This document shows positions 19,781 through 29,910 of a stretch of DNA of 64,000 nt, in pieces. The DNA is from Thermoproteota archaeon (GTDB lineage: Archaea > Korarchaeota > JAOZGF01 > JAOZFZ01), in NCBI GenBank assembly GCA_027492035.1, contig JAOZFT010000004.1, positions 128,001 through 192,000 on the forward strand, read 5' to 3'. Position numbers and translations under genes: made by a program. Each line of letters begins with the position of its first letter. Within the stretch, counting starts at the first letter, position 1. The notes under the pieces were generated by a model. That model saw only the letters and a list, made by a program, of their open reading frames with translations, did no database searches and was not told the origin of the DNA.

Positions 19781-20138
19781 ACAGGTAATAGTGTTAAGAA
19801 CAGACTTAGAAATTAGTGCCGGAAAATTAATTGTCCAAGCTTGCCATGCTTCATGCTCTTCTTTACTAAAAGCCGAAAAAACTGAGATAATTGACAAATG
19901 GGTAAGGGAAGGAAGTAAAAAAGTTATTTTGCAGGTGAAAAGCGAAGAAGAACTTAAAAAACTTTACTTTAAAGCCTTAAGATTAGGCTTACCATGTTAT
20001 TTAGTACAAGATGCAGGACTAACTGAGTTGAAGCCTGGAACCATCACGGCTCTTGGAATAGGTCCAGAGTCTTCATCATTGATAGATAAGGTTACTGGCT
20101 CCATTCCCTTGCTTAAGGGGGAAATAGCCTTTGTTTAA
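19767..20138 (+). CDS. pth2: Peptidyl-tRNA hydrolase Pth2
   Basis: KQVIVLRTDL, GKLIVQACHAS, QDAGLTEL.PGTITALGIGP. Confidence 0.95.
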   Translation: MEEVKQVIVLRTDLEISAGKLIVQACHASCSSLLKAEKTEIIDKWVREGSKKVILQVKSEEELKKLYFKALRLGLPCYLVQDAGLTELKPGTITALGIGPESSSLIDKVTGSIPLLKGEIAFV

Positions 20139-21336
20139 CGAATTACTAGGAAAGATAGGTATAAGATTTCGTAATTTTAGTATGAGTAAATTTAACGGTT
20201 CAATAAGGACATTGCCTGAAGACTTTGTTGTAGTAGAGGTAATGGAGAACATTGATTCATTAAGTAATACCAGCAAGTTTTTCTTACACTGCCTGCTCAA
20301 GAAAGAGGGAATTGATACATTTTCAGCCTTCCAAGCAATGTCGAGAAGGTTAAGAGTGAGAATTAGTGAGGTGGGGTTCTCTGGAACAAAGGACAAGAAA
20401 GCAATTACTTTTCAGAGAGTAAGTTTACCCAGCAGAGTCAACATCACCGCCTCTTTAACCTTATTACAAGGAAAAATCAAACTGTATCCCCTAGGTTTTT
20501 ATAAAATTAGGCTTTACCTAGGGATGCATAAGGGAAATTACTTTAAAATAAGAATCAGAGGTTTATCTGGCGTTTCTTACTGGGAAAAAACATTAAAAGA
20601 AATTGAGGGTAAGGGTGATGAGATCTACTTCCCAAATTTTTTCGGTAGCCAAAGATTTGGAGAAAGAGCACCTTTTAACCACGAGATAGGGAGATTAATT
20701 GTTAAAAAGAAATTCAAGGAAGCTGCCTTGCTTATAGCATCAAAATCACCATTTAAGGAACACTCTAATAATTTTGAAGCTACATATGAAGAGAAAGTGA
20801 AAAAGTATTTAGAAAACAACCCCACTAATTACTTGAATGCCTTAAAAAGGGTTCCTTTGTTCATATTAAAATTTTTTGTGGCTGCTTACCAATCATATCT
20901 CTTTAATTTGCTTCTTTCAAAGAGAATTGAAATGAGCTACCCCTACAACAGGCCATTAATAGGCGACTTGGTTTTCTCGAAAAAAAAGAACTCATTTCTT
21001 TTTTATTCACCCGCTCAAACAGTAAATGAAACTGAAAAAGGTAATTATGACGTTTATTTGCCTTTACCTGGTTATATGTTGAAATTTCGCAGCGGGAAAA
21101 GTTGGAAACTATTAAAAGAAATTTTTCAAGAAGAGGAAATTTCCCCAGAAGATTTCTTTGTAAAACAGATCCCTCAAATCAGTGCAGCAGGAGGATTTAG
21201 GCCATCAAGTTCTGGTGCAAAAAATTTCCATTACAAGCTAGACAAAGAGCAGAGAAGGGTCATTTTGAATTTTTTCTTACCTAAAGGGAGTTACGCAACA
21301 GTGTTTCTTAAATTCTTCATGACAGGCAATTTTTAG
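20131..21336 (+). CDS. truD: tRNA pseudouridine(13) synthase TruD
   Basis: PEDFVVVE, GTKDKKAITFQ, PNFFGSQRFG, LPKGSYAT. Confidence 0.93.
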   Translation: MFNELLGKIGIRFRNFSMSKFNGSIRTLPEDFVVVEVMENIDSLSNTSKFFLHCLLKKEGIDTFSAFQAMSRRLRVRISEVGFSGTKDKKAITFQRVSLPSRVNITASLTLLQGKIKLYPLGFYKIRLYLGMHKGNYFKIRIRGLSGVSYWEKTLKEIEGKGDEIYFPNFFGSQRFGERAPFNHEIGRLIVKKKFKEAALLIASKSPFKEHSNNFEATYEEKVKKYLENNPTNYLNALKRVPLFILKFFVAAYQSYLFNLLLSKRIEMSYPYNRPLIGDLVFSKKKNSFLFYSPAQTVNETEKGNYDVYLPLPGYMLKFRSGKSWKLLKEIFQEEEISPEDFFVKQIPQISAAGGFRPSSSGAKNFHYKLDKEQRRVILNFFLPKGSYATVFLKFFMTGNF

Positions 21337-21349
21337 CTGTTAACAGGGG

Positions 21350-21898
21350 TCAGGGGGATAATTCAACATAGCTTACTCCAGTAATTTCTTTTATTAAGTC
21401 TTCATAAACTTCTTTCTCTTTTTTTATTTTGTTAAAATCTCTTTTGTCAATCTTAATTGTTAGAACTACAAAGTCGCCCGGGTAATATACGGTGTTAAAG
21501 TTTATGATGGGTATGGGTAAAAGTTCCCTAATCATTTCATTTTCATCTTTCGAGTACTCTAAAACTCTTATTTTGCGATTCAATGTTTTTTCCAGTTTCT
21601 TAATAAGTTTAAAACCCCCATGTGAGAAGAAATCCCCCAAGCTTCCCTTACCAAAAATTAAAACAAGTAAACCGTTTTTTTCAATCGATTTTTCGAAAGA
21701 AAGGTTATTGATCCCTGTTTCTTTCCCAAAAAAGTTTAAGATTTCTTTGCAGACTATTAAATCTGTGGTGGAGTATTTACCGCTTTCTATTTTCTGTTCA
21801 CAGACACCGCAAAGCACGCCTGTTTTTATACATGTCTTGCAAAAGGGAAGCTTAATTTGTTTCAAAACAGGAACCTCCTTAACCCTCCTTCTTTCCAC
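21350..21898 (-). CDS. NusA-like KH-domain protein with N-terminal Zn motif
   Basis: KLPFCKTCIKTGVLCGVC followed by a KH-like region; resembles the second archaeal NusA paralog. Confidence 0.7.
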   Translation of the reverse strand: MERRRVKEVPVLKQIKLPFCKTCIKTGVLCGVCEQKIESGKYSTTDLIVCKEILNFFGKETGINNLSFEKSIEKNGLLVLIFGKGSLGDFFSHGGFKLIKKLEKTLNRKIRVLEYSKDENEMIRELLPIPIINFNTVYYPGDFVVLTIKIDKRDFNKIKKEKEVYEDLIKEITGVSYVELSP

Positions 21899-22169
21899 CA
21901 GCCCTTTTTCTTTTCCTTCCTTTATTTTTTACCTGTACTTCTTCATTACCTTCTTTATTTCCCAAACCTTCTTTTGTTAGAAGGCTGAAAAATCTGTAGC
22001 CCCCATGCATTGTTTCTTTTACTACTTCCTTCTCTTTAAGAGCTTCTAAGGCTTTAATTATCTGCTCAGGTTCTCCCGGCACTCTTTGAATTATTTTTCT
22101 TAAATGAATAACCTTCTTTTTCTTAATTAAGGAAACAAGTATTTGCTCAAGATCCTCTTGATTAGACAT
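21879..22169 (-). CDS. Hypothetical protein (winged-helix-like)
   Basis: AGGTG RBS; helical HTH-like N-terminus; overlaps the next gene. Confidence 0.55.
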   Translation of the reverse strand: MSNQEDLEQILVSLIKKKKVIHLRKIIQRVPGEPEQIIKALEALKEKEVVKETMHGGYRFFSLLTKEGLGNKEGNEEVQVKNKGRKRKRAGGKKEG

Positions 22170-22330
22170 TGCGACACCTGTTCAGAAGGTTGTGAGTATT
22201 AAAAATGTGGAGCAAATATATAAAGGTTTTCACACAGGTGATTGGTAAAGTGAAGAAACGAAAAATTTTTATTGGCATGGAAATAGAACACAAAAGAACT
22301 ATATTTAAAGTAAAAAGGGGTTGAAAGAGT

Positions 22331-22495
22331 ATGAGTCGAGTTGAAAGTGAAGATTTATCGGTAGCTTATAGTCATTTATTAAACTATAAAATTTGCAGGA
22401 AATGTGGAAGCAGAAATCCCCCAAGAGCAACTAAGTGTAGGAGATGTAAAAGCAAAAATTTAAGGATGAAAAAGAGATATGTTAAGAAGAAGTAA
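22331..22495 (+). CDS. rpl40e: 50S ribosomal protein L40e
   Basis: MSRVESEDLSVAYSHLLNYKICRKCGSRNPPRATKCRRCKSKNLRMKKRYVKKK; below the ORF-track cutoff. Confidence 0.95.
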   Translation: MSRVESEDLSVAYSHLLNYKICRKCGSRNPPRATKCRRCKSKNLRMKKRYVKKK

Positions 22496-22501
22496 ATTAA
22501 A

Positions 22502-22592
22502 TGGGCCGGGTGGGATTCGAACCCACGACCTCCGCCTTTTTCCAAGGAACAAAACGTGAAGGCGACGTCATAACCATCTAGACCACCGGCCC
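22502..22592 (-). tRNA. tRNA-Val(CAC) with ~17-nt intron at 37/38
   Basis: Reverse complement GGGCCGGTGGTCTAGATGGTTATGACGTCGCCTTCACG^TTTTGTTCCTTGGAAAA^AGGCGGAGGTCGTGGGTTCGAATCCCACCCGGCCCA. Confidence 0.92.
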
Positions 22593-22724
22593 ATTAAGGT
22601 GGTTCTGAATTTTTGTAAAGAAAAGTTAAGTTACAATTTAAAAGCTTTTTTAGTTGGAATATAAATATAGTATTTTTTTACCTTTAATTTTGGGTTAAGA
22701 ACTTGTTCGGGGCTGATTAATAAA

Positions 22725-23021
22725 ATGGAGATATATGCACATAAACTGAAAGATAAACCTATACTTAGTGATCTAGGCTATGAAATAGGATATATTAGGG
22801 ATTTAATATTGGATGAAAGAACTGGCAAGGTTTTATTTTATCTCTGCATTCCTCCTGACGTTGAATTGGCAGAGATGCCGGAAACTGTAAGGAATTTGCC
22901 TAAAGACAAAGAGGGAAGAATTTTAGTACCAGCCCACTCCGTAAAAAGTATAGGCACAGTTGTTGTAGCTCAGGATAGGCTGTTAAAGCTTTTCATCATG
23001 AAACAAAGCAGAAAAATTTAA
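22725..23021 (+). CDS. PRC-barrel domain protein
   Basis: LKDKPILSDLGYEIGYIRDLILDERTGKV...ILVPAHSVKSIGTVVV. Confidence 0.85.
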   Translation: MEIYAHKLKDKPILSDLGYEIGYIRDLILDERTGKVLFYLCIPPDVELAEMPETVRNLPKDKEGRILVPAHSVKSIGTVVVAQDRLLKLFIMKQSRKI

Positions 23022-23072
23022 TTAAATTTAGTATTTATAATATTTTCTTTATATACAGAGGAAACAGTAAAG

Positions 23073-23840
23073 ATGAATAGAAAACTTGAAGCTCAGTATT
23101 GTGAGGAAGAGGGAGCAATAATTAAATATTTAGCGAAGATTCCTAGATCAAAAAATTCTTTTGTAGTGATGGGAGTGCCAAGTTTATTTGATCTTGGAGC
23201 CAACACTGTCCGCTTCTTAGTTGACACCTTTGAAGCTGAAGAAGTAGCTGAGATATATTTTCACGGTTTTGCTAGTTTTGTCTCGGTTATGCCAGACGGC
23301 ACTGTTTTCATTCCCCACATGAACCTTTACCACAAGGAAATGAATGGAAACAAGCATCTCTTCTTCTTGTTTGGGAGTGGAGTGCTAGAAAACCAGGATT
23401 TCTATGATTTCTCAAAAGTTATTTTAAAACTTTTAAAAGAAATAAAACCGAAATTAACAATTGTACTAGGAGGCGTAAAAGGTTTAACCACAAAAATGGA
23501 AATTTCAGGAGCTGCTTCAGATAAAGGATCTTTCCGTTTGCTTACCCAAAAAAATGTGAAACCAATGAAGGGAAGATTTGCAGGGGTGGAGGGACATATT
23601 TTAACTTTGTCAGGTGAAGAAAAGATAAACTCCATTGTTTTATCCTTAAATTACCAGCCTGATAGAGAAATAGAAGCAATGAAAAAATTAATCTCAACTT
23701 TAACTGAATTCATCGGAGTAGAAATTAATTTAAGGAAGTTAGATGAGTTAGGTAGAAAAGCTAAGGATATGAGTGAGAAATTTTCTGAAATAATAAACCA
23801 GGTTTACCTCAAAAAGGAAAGGGGGATGGAGGTAATTTAA
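23073..23840 (+). CDS. PAC2 family protein (proteasome assembly chaperone-like)
   Basis: VVMGVPS..G, IVLGG, GRFAGVEGHIL, PDRE..A pattern; size about 255 aa. Confidence 0.65.
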   Translation: MNRKLEAQYCEEEGAIIKYLAKIPRSKNSFVVMGVPSLFDLGANTVRFLVDTFEAEEVAEIYFHGFASFVSVMPDGTVFIPHMNLYHKEMNGNKHLFFLFGSGVLENQDFYDFSKVILKLLKEIKPKLTIVLGGVKGLTTKMEISGAASDKGSFRLLTQKNVKPMKGRFAGVEGHILTLSGEEKINSIVLSLNYQPDREIEAMKKLISTLTEFIGVEINLRKLDELGRKAKDMSEKFSEIINQVYLKKERGMEVI

Positions 23841-24253
23841 GACTGATTTCCTTTCACAATTTTTTCATATATTGCTCTCACTCTATCAGCTACAGGCCCT
23901 GAGCCTTCAACTCCGTTTTTTGTGACTTTTATCCTTTTCATCACTAGGATAACTCCTGCTTCTTCATACAATTCAACCATGTTTGGGAACTGCTTTTCCA
24001 TTTCTTCAGCAATTTTTTTGAGGTCAATAGCTCCTTCCTCCCTTAAGATTTCTAGAATGTTGCCGCCAGAAATAAATATTCTGTGATATTTCCGGTCCTT
24101 TGTTTTAACATTAGCTAAGCATATACTGAAAGTGTCGGAGTCATATCCTAGGAGAGTACCAGTATATTCTCCATCTTTAGTTTTAACCGTTACAACTGAA
24201 TCTAATAGTTTAATTAATTCAGAATTGAACCTTCTTTCCGGAATACTACTCAT
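23837..24253 (-). CDS. Sm-like protein with C-terminal domain (SmAP3 / Lsm_C type)
   Basis: Sm fold (YTGTLLGYD...ICLANV) plus C-terminal FPNMVELYEEAGVILVMKRIKVTKNGVEGSGPVA. Confidence 0.85.
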   Translation of the reverse strand: MSSIPERRFNSELIKLLDSVVTVKTKDGEYTGTLLGYDSDTFSICLANVKTKDRKYHRIFISGGNILEILREEGAIDLKKIAEEMEKQFPNMVELYEEAGVILVMKRIKVTKNGVEGSGPVADRVRAIYEKIVKGNQS

Positions 24254-24275
24254 TCAGAATCAATCCTCTCTTTAT

Positions 24276-25256
24276 TTATTCAGCATCTCTAACACCTTCC
24301 TCAGTGATTTTAAAAAGTGTTTCTGAGGAGGGGAGGATGGGGCTGTCAACTATCTTTGCAGCCCTTAAATTTTCTTTTCTTTTAGTTAAGAAGACCCTGG
24401 TGGTTACGGTATGTGCAACAATATTTCCGCCGGCAGGTATTAAGGGATTACCGTAAAAAACGTCGGGTCTAGCGATTACTTGGTTTGTTACAACTACTGC
24501 ACAATCATAGATATCGCTTAATCTTAAAAGGTCATGAAGGTGCTTATTAAGTTTCTGTTGCCTTTTCACTAGGCTTTCTCTTCCAGGGAATTCACTCCTG
24601 AAATGGGAAACTATTGAGTCAATAATGACTAGTTTTATGTTTGAAGAGGTTATGACTTCATCCAGATTTTTAACTAAGAAAAGCTGGTGATCTGTGCTGT
24701 AGGCCCTGCCATATATTATATTGGACAAGGTCTTCTCTGGGTCTAAGTTTAGACTGAGAGCCATTTGTTCGATTCTTTCGGGTCTAAAAGTGCCTTCTGT
24801 GTCAATATACACTGCTCCAGCGTTTAAGCCACCCTTGTCTTGCGGTAGTTGAACAGTGACTGAAAGTTGATGACAAATCTGAGTTTTGCCTGTAGCATAT
24901 TCTCCAAAGAATTCGGTAATGCCCCTAGTTTCTATACCCCCTCCTAAAATGTTGTCTAAGTTACTGGAACCAGTGGTTATCTTATAAATTACCCTTCTTT
25001 TATCTAGAAGCTCTTTTGCAGTCATAAATTGTATTTTCAAAAGAGATTGTGCAGCTTTTATTATTTTTCTCGCTGTTGATTCACCTATTTCCACAGATGC
25101 AGCTAGTTCAGCTGCTGTGGCAACAGCTATTGATTCAATAGTGGAAAAACCACTTTCCCTAAGTTTATTAGCGATAGCAGGGCCAACTCCCTTTATTTTT
25201 TCGATTTCAGAACTTATATTCTCCTCTTCTTCCTCCAATTTAACCAAGCACCTCAA
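24276..25256 (-). CDS. radA: DNA repair and recombination protein RadA
   Basis: HhH N-domain; GGGIET; GEYATGKTQICHQL; YIDTEGTFRPERI. Confidence 0.96.
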   Translation of the reverse strand: MRCLVKLEEEEENISSEIEKIKGVGPAIANKLRESGFSTIESIAVATAAELAASVEIGESTARKIIKAAQSLLKIQFMTAKELLDKRRVIYKITTGSSNLDNILGGGIETRGITEFFGEYATGKTQICHQLSVTVQLPQDKGGLNAGAVYIDTEGTFRPERIEQMALSLNLDPEKTLSNIIYGRAYSTDHQLFLVKNLDEVITSSNIKLVIIDSIVSHFRSEFPGRESLVKRQQKLNKHLHDLLRLSDIYDCAVVVTNQVIARPDVFYGNPLIPAGGNIVAHTVTTRVFLTKRKENLRAAKIVDSPILPSSETLFKITEEGVRDAE

Positions 25257-26394
25257 TTCTTCTTCTATTTATTTGTTCAACTATGTCAGGGTTTATTCTG
25301 TACATTCTTCCCTTTCTATGGATAATATCCATATCCGCCAGTTCCTCTATTCGGAAAAATTCTTTCTCTAGAGGGATACCCATAACTACTGCTGCTTGTT
25401 CCAATGTGAATTGTTCATTTTGGAAAGTGTTAAAGAGGAGTCTAAGTTCCCTTTTAAGCGTGTAGGGCAAGTCCCCCAATTCTTCTATAGGCTCTTCCAG
25501 GTAAAGGAATGCGTTAAAAATTTCTTCAGTGACTTTTACTATCCTCTTCCTCAAAGCTATTTCTATACATAAATTAAGAACCCTCATCAGTTCTAAAGGT
25601 ATCCCTTTCGAGAAATTGTTTGCCCTCTCTATTATTTCCTCATTAAAAGGGAACAATGCATCCCCTGTAGGGTGGATACGAAGTCTAGCTAACCTTTTCT
25701 GCGTAAAGGCCAGTGCTTCATCAACGTTGAATGGATTTACCTCCATAAATGTGTGAATTCTGGAAGTAAAGGCTGAATAATCTCTCTCAAGCAGCTCATA
25801 TGCTTGGGGGGTAACTGCTAAAACAAATAAAACTCCTTCAGGCATGCTGCTCACTAAATGCCTTAACATTTCTATTAAATAAAACCTCCACTCAGCTGAA
25901 GAGAAATATATGTTTTGCAAGTCATCTATGAGGATGGCAGCTGGGAAATTCGTTTTAAAAGAATTGATTACTATTTCAGCTGCGTCTGTAGGGGATAAGC
26001 TACCGTCACTTAGCCCTTCAACCTTTGCATAAATTGGAAACCCTAATTTCCTCTTTAGTCTGGAAACAAAACTTTTTTCAGCGTTTATAGATTCAATTAA
26101 TACTTTCCTTATTAAGTTACTTACTACACCAGGTTCCGCTTTATTAAATGAACAAAAGGCCTCCCTTACAGTGAAGAAGTTCCTAATTCTCATTAACCTG
26201 GTGGTTTTCCCGAATCCTTTCTCCCCAATTAAAAGGATTAAACCTGACCCTTCCATAGCGGCAGATTCGTTTACTATTTCATCTAAGACATAATCCCCTC
26301 TAGTCTTGACAAAAACCGATTCTACATCAGGAAACCAAAGTTCACTTATTTCTTCAAATGGGTTCCCTTTTAAATTAAGATCAGCTAGTGACAT
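25240..26394 (-). CDS. Uncharacterised P-loop AAA+ ATPase (ExeA/Cdc6/STAND-like) with C-terminal wHTH
   Basis: LNLKGNPF N-terminus; Walker A GEKGFGKTT; Walker B ILIDDLQN; SKGIPLEL lid; C-terminal HTH-like segment. Confidence 0.75.
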   Translation of the reverse strand: MSLADLNLKGNPFEEISELWFPDVESVFVKTRGDYVLDEIVNESAAMEGSGLILLIGEKGFGKTTRLMRIRNFFTVREAFCSFNKAEPGVVSNLIRKVLIESINAEKSFVSRLKRKLGFPIYAKVEGLSDGSLSPTDAAEIVINSFKTNFPAAILIDDLQNIYFSSAEWRFYLIEMLRHLVSSMPEGVLFVLAVTPQAYELLERDYSAFTSRIHTFMEVNPFNVDEALAFTQKRLARLRIHPTGDALFPFNEEIIERANNFSKGIPLELMRVLNLCIEIALRKRIVKVTEEIFNAFLYLEEPIEELGDLPYTLKRELRLLFNTFQNEQFTLEQAAVVMGIPLEKEFFRIEELADMDIIHRKGRMYRINPDIVEQINRRRIEVLG

Positions 26395-26665
26395 AGTTTT
26401 TTGAACCTCGAATCTCTTTTTAATATTTAGAGTGAGGGTTTACAGGTTTGAAAACATCTTCTTAAACCCTTTAAGATTTAAAAAGGAGTTCCAATTTTTT
26501 AAAAGGAGGGAAGGAGTAAATTACTCTTTACTTAAGTTTAAGATTTTTAAAAATTAAAGTCTTTCCTTTAACTTGAAAAACGAACAAAGAAAGGAAAAGT
26601 TAAAGAAAAGAATCTTTAAAAATAAAATTCTCATTTCCAAGTGAAACTTCAGGTGAAAATTTATA

Positions 26666-26872
26666 ATGAAACCGAATTTTAGAAAGAGAAGCAATGCAGT
26701 TGTAATATCAGTTTCCATGCCTTTAAAATATGTGAAAGCCATAGACGCTTTAGTAAACGAAAAAATTTATTATTCAAGAAGTGATTTAGTGAGGGATGCT
26801 TTAAGGAATTTCTTTATTTCTAAATTTCCTGATTTGCTTGGGAAACAGGAAAAAACTTTTCCAGAAGAGTAA
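26666..26872 (+). CDS. Ribbon-helix-helix (CopG/Arc) protein
   Basis: VISVSMP...IDALVNEKIYYSRSDLVRDALR. Confidence 0.85.
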   Translation: MKPNFRKRSNAVVISVSMPLKYVKAIDALVNEKIYYSRSDLVRDALRNFFISKFPDLLGKQEKTFPEE

Positions 26873-26974
26873 ATAACGGCGACCCTTAATGCAAATATTT
26901 AAATTAAAAGGAGGCTGCACTTTTAGGATACTGAAAGAAAAAATTACGAAAATACATTATATGCAGGTGCTTAT

Positions 26975-29176
26975 ATGCCAAGGATAGAGATTGAATCCCT
27001 AAGAGAACTTATGCAGCAAAAGGAGAGAATAAGGAACATAGGAATAATTGCCCACATTGATCATGGAAAAACCACTATGTCAGATAGTTTATTAGCTGCT
27101 GCAGGTATTCTCTCACCCAGAATAGCTGGAGTAGCTAGAAAATTAGACTACTTAGAAGTTGAGCAAAAAAGAGGAATAACAATAAAGAGTGCTAACATCT
27201 CCCTCTTGCATGAAGTGAATGGGAAAAAATATGTCATAAACTTAGTGGATACACCGGGACACGTTGATTTTACTGGACATGTAACCAGAGCACTTAGAGT
27301 TATTGACGGAGCTATTTGTGTTGTTGATGCCGTAGAGGAAGTGATGGTTCAAACTGAAACTGTTACGCGGCAAGCATTAGAGATGCGAGTTAAACCTACC
27401 CTCTTCATAAACAAGGTTGATAGGTTAATTACGGAGCTTAAACTTAAACCCCAAGAAATCCAGAAGAAGATAGAAAGGATAATAAAGAGCTATAATAATT
27501 TAATAGATATTTATGCGGAACCTGAATATAAGGAAAAGTGGAAAATTAATTTTATGGAAGGCAATGTTTCATTCGGTTCAGCACTTGATAAGTGGGGCTT
27601 AACTTTTGATATAACCCAGAATAAGGGGATAAAGTTTTCAGATATAATAAAGGCTTACGAAGAAGAGAAAGTAGGTGAACTTCAAGAGAAGTTACCTCTT
27701 CATGAAGCAATACTTGACATGGTAATAAAACATTTACCGAATCCGGCTGAAGCCCAAAAGTACAGAATCGAAAGCCTTTGGAAGGGGGATTTAAATAGTG
27801 AACTTGGACAAGCTATGCTTAATTGCGACGAGGATGGACCTTTGGCAATAGCTGTCAATAAAATTAACATAGACCCACATGCAGGTGTAATAGCTACAGG
27901 CAGAGTGTTGTCAGGCACTGTTAGAGGGGGGGATGAAGTGTTTCTGTTAATGGCCAGAAGTAAACATAGAATTCAACAAGTTTCACTTTACATGGGTGCA
28001 GATCGTGAAATAGTGGACGCCATACCAGCCGGAAACATAGTTGCATTGCTAGGCTTGCCAACAGCACGGGCTGGAGAAACTATAGTGACACCGCAGTACT
28101 CAGATTACCCTCCATTTGAAAAAATAAAATATGTAACAGAGCCTGTTGTTACTGTAGCTATCGAACCTAAAAGACCTGCAGATTTACCTAAACTTATAGA
28201 TCACATAAGAAAAGTGTCAATTGAGGACCCTAACTTGGTTTACACAATTAATGAAGAAACAGGCGAAACCTTGATTTCAGGAATGGGAGAGCTTCACATG
28301 GAAATTGTTATAAATAATATAAGGGAATCTGGAATCGAGATAGTGACGTCGCCACCCGTGGTTGTGTACCGCGAGACAGTGAAAGGAAAATCTTATCAAC
28401 CAGTACTTGCGAAATCACCAAATAAACACAACAGATTTTGGCTAGTTGCAGAGCCATTAAATCAAGAAACAATTAAGCTGCTTGAGACAGGAGAAGTAAC
28501 TGATGAAATGGCTTGGAGAAAAAGAGCTAAAATTTTGAGAGAGAAGGCTAATTGGTCAGCTGAGGATGCACGTAACATTTGGGTGATTGACGAGTACTTA
28601 AACATTTTTGTAAACAAAACTTCAGGAGTTCAGTACCTTGAAGAGGTGAAAGAAATGATAATAAGTGCTTTCAGATGGGCTACGAAGGAGGGCCCTTTAT
28701 GTAGGGAACCTTTGAGAGGGGTGAAAGTGAACTTAGTTGACATTCAAATTCATGAAGATCCTGTACATAGGGGACCTGCTCAAGTAATGCCTGCCATTAG
28801 AAGATCAGTTTACGGTGCAGTTTTATCTGCTCAGCCATGTTTACTAGAACCTATTTACAAAATACAAGTTACAGTTCCTCCGGACATGGTTGGTAAAATC
28901 ATAGGGGTTCTTACCACGAAGAGAGGGAGAGTTGAGAAAATAGAGGAAAGAGGGCATCTTTCGGTCATTCACGGCTTTATCCCAGTAGCTGAAACCATAG
29001 GCTTCGCTAGTGTAATGAGGCAAGCATCAAGCGGCAAGGCTTTTTGGCAAAATACATTCTCACATTGGGAGTTGCTTCCCGAAAAATTAACAAGGGATTT
29101 GATAATTAAGATAAGGAAAAGGAAAGGACTGAAACCAGAGGTTCCACGCGCTGAGGAATATATGGATAAACTTTAA
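26975..29176 (+). CDS. fusA: Translation elongation factor EF-2
   Basis: IAHIDHGKTT, RGITI, DTPGHVDF, NKVD; diphthamide loop HEDPVHRGPAQ. Confidence 0.97.
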   Translation: MPRIEIESLRELMQQKERIRNIGIIAHIDHGKTTMSDSLLAAAGILSPRIAGVARKLDYLEVEQKRGITIKSANISLLHEVNGKKYVINLVDTPGHVDFTGHVTRALRVIDGAICVVDAVEEVMVQTETVTRQALEMRVKPTLFINKVDRLITELKLKPQEIQKKIERIIKSYNNLIDIYAEPEYKEKWKINFMEGNVSFGSALDKWGLTFDITQNKGIKFSDIIKAYEEEKVGELQEKLPLHEAILDMVIKHLPNPAEAQKYRIESLWKGDLNSELGQAMLNCDEDGPLAIAVNKINIDPHAGVIATGRVLSGTVRGGDEVFLLMARSKHRIQQVSLYMGADREIVDAIPAGNIVALLGLPTARAGETIVTPQYSDYPPFEKIKYVTEPVVTVAIEPKRPADLPKLIDHIRKVSIEDPNLVYTINEETGETLISGMGELHMEIVINNIRESGIEIVTSPPVVVYRETVKGKSYQPVLAKSPNKHNRFWLVAEPLNQETIKLLETGEVTDEMAWRKRAKILREKANWSAEDARNIWVIDEYLNIFVNKTSGVQYLEEVKEMIISAFRWATKEGPLCREPLRGVKVNLVDIQIHEDPVHRGPAQVMPAIRRSVYGAVLSAQPCLLEPIYKIQVTVPPDMVGKIIGVLTTKRGRVEKIEERGHLSVIHGFIPVAETIGFASVMRQASSGKAFWQNTFSHWELLPEKLTRDLIIKIRKRKGLKPEVPRAEEYMDKL

Positions 29177-29190
29177 ATGAAAGGATACCT

Positions 29191-29889
29191 ATGAAACCTC
29201 AAGCTGAAAAAATAATAAGGGAAGTACTAGATTCAGGAAGAAAGAACTTAACTGAACATGAGTCAAAGGAACTGCTTAGAGCATACAACATCCCAGTTTC
29301 AGTAACGAAAGTAGCTAAAACAGCATCAGAAGCAGTAAAAATAGCTGAAGAGATAGGTTATCCAGTGGTGTTGAAGGTACTATCTCCAAAAATCATCCAT
29401 AAATCAGATATTCAAGGCGTACAGGTCAATCTCCGAAACAAAGGAGAGGTGCTCCAAGCTTTTAAGAGAATAATGGAAAATGCAAAACTGAAAGTTGCAG
29501 AAAAAGAAATCTGGGGAGTGACGGTTCAAAAGTATTACCTTAAAGGAAGAGAGGCAATAGTTGGGGTAATAAATGACCCACAATTTGGGCCAACTTTAAT
29601 GTTTGGGCTAGGGGGTATTTTCGTCGAAATCTATCGCGACGTTTCCTTCAGAGTTTTACCTGTAACTTCAGAGGATATAGAAGAAATGATAAAGGAAGTT
29701 AAGGGATACAAAATTTTAGAGGGGTACAGAGGAGAAAAACCTATTGATTTTTCTTTATTAAAAGACCTTCTGTTTAAAGTTTCAGAAATGGCGCTCAATA
29801 TTCCTTTAATAAAAGAAATGGATTTAAACCCTGTTGCACTTTATGAAAATTTAGTTGTAGTATTGGATGCACGCGTAGTTTTGAAATAA
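29191..29889 (+). CDS. Acetate/acyl-CoA ligase (ADP-forming) beta subunit
   Basis: LTEHESKELL, GYPVVLKVLSP.IIHKSD, DPQFGP.LMFGLGGIFVE, EMDLNP. Confidence 0.92.
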   Translation: MKPQAEKIIREVLDSGRKNLTEHESKELLRAYNIPVSVTKVAKTASEAVKIAEEIGYPVVLKVLSPKIIHKSDIQGVQVNLRNKGEVLQAFKRIMENAKLKVAEKEIWGVTVQKYYLKGREAIVGVINDPQFGPTLMFGLGGIFVEIYRDVSFRVLPVTSEDIEEMIKEVKGYKILEGYRGEKPIDFSLLKDLLFKVSEMALNIPLIKEMDLNPVALYENLVVVLDARVVLK

Positions 29890-29910
29890 AAGAAAAGGGG
29901 GGGATAAGAA

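Noticed and set aside
26485-26515. gttccaattttttaaaaggaggg, a loose ORB-like string
   Set aside because: Single copy, lacks the GGAAA half-site and is about 6 kb from cdc6
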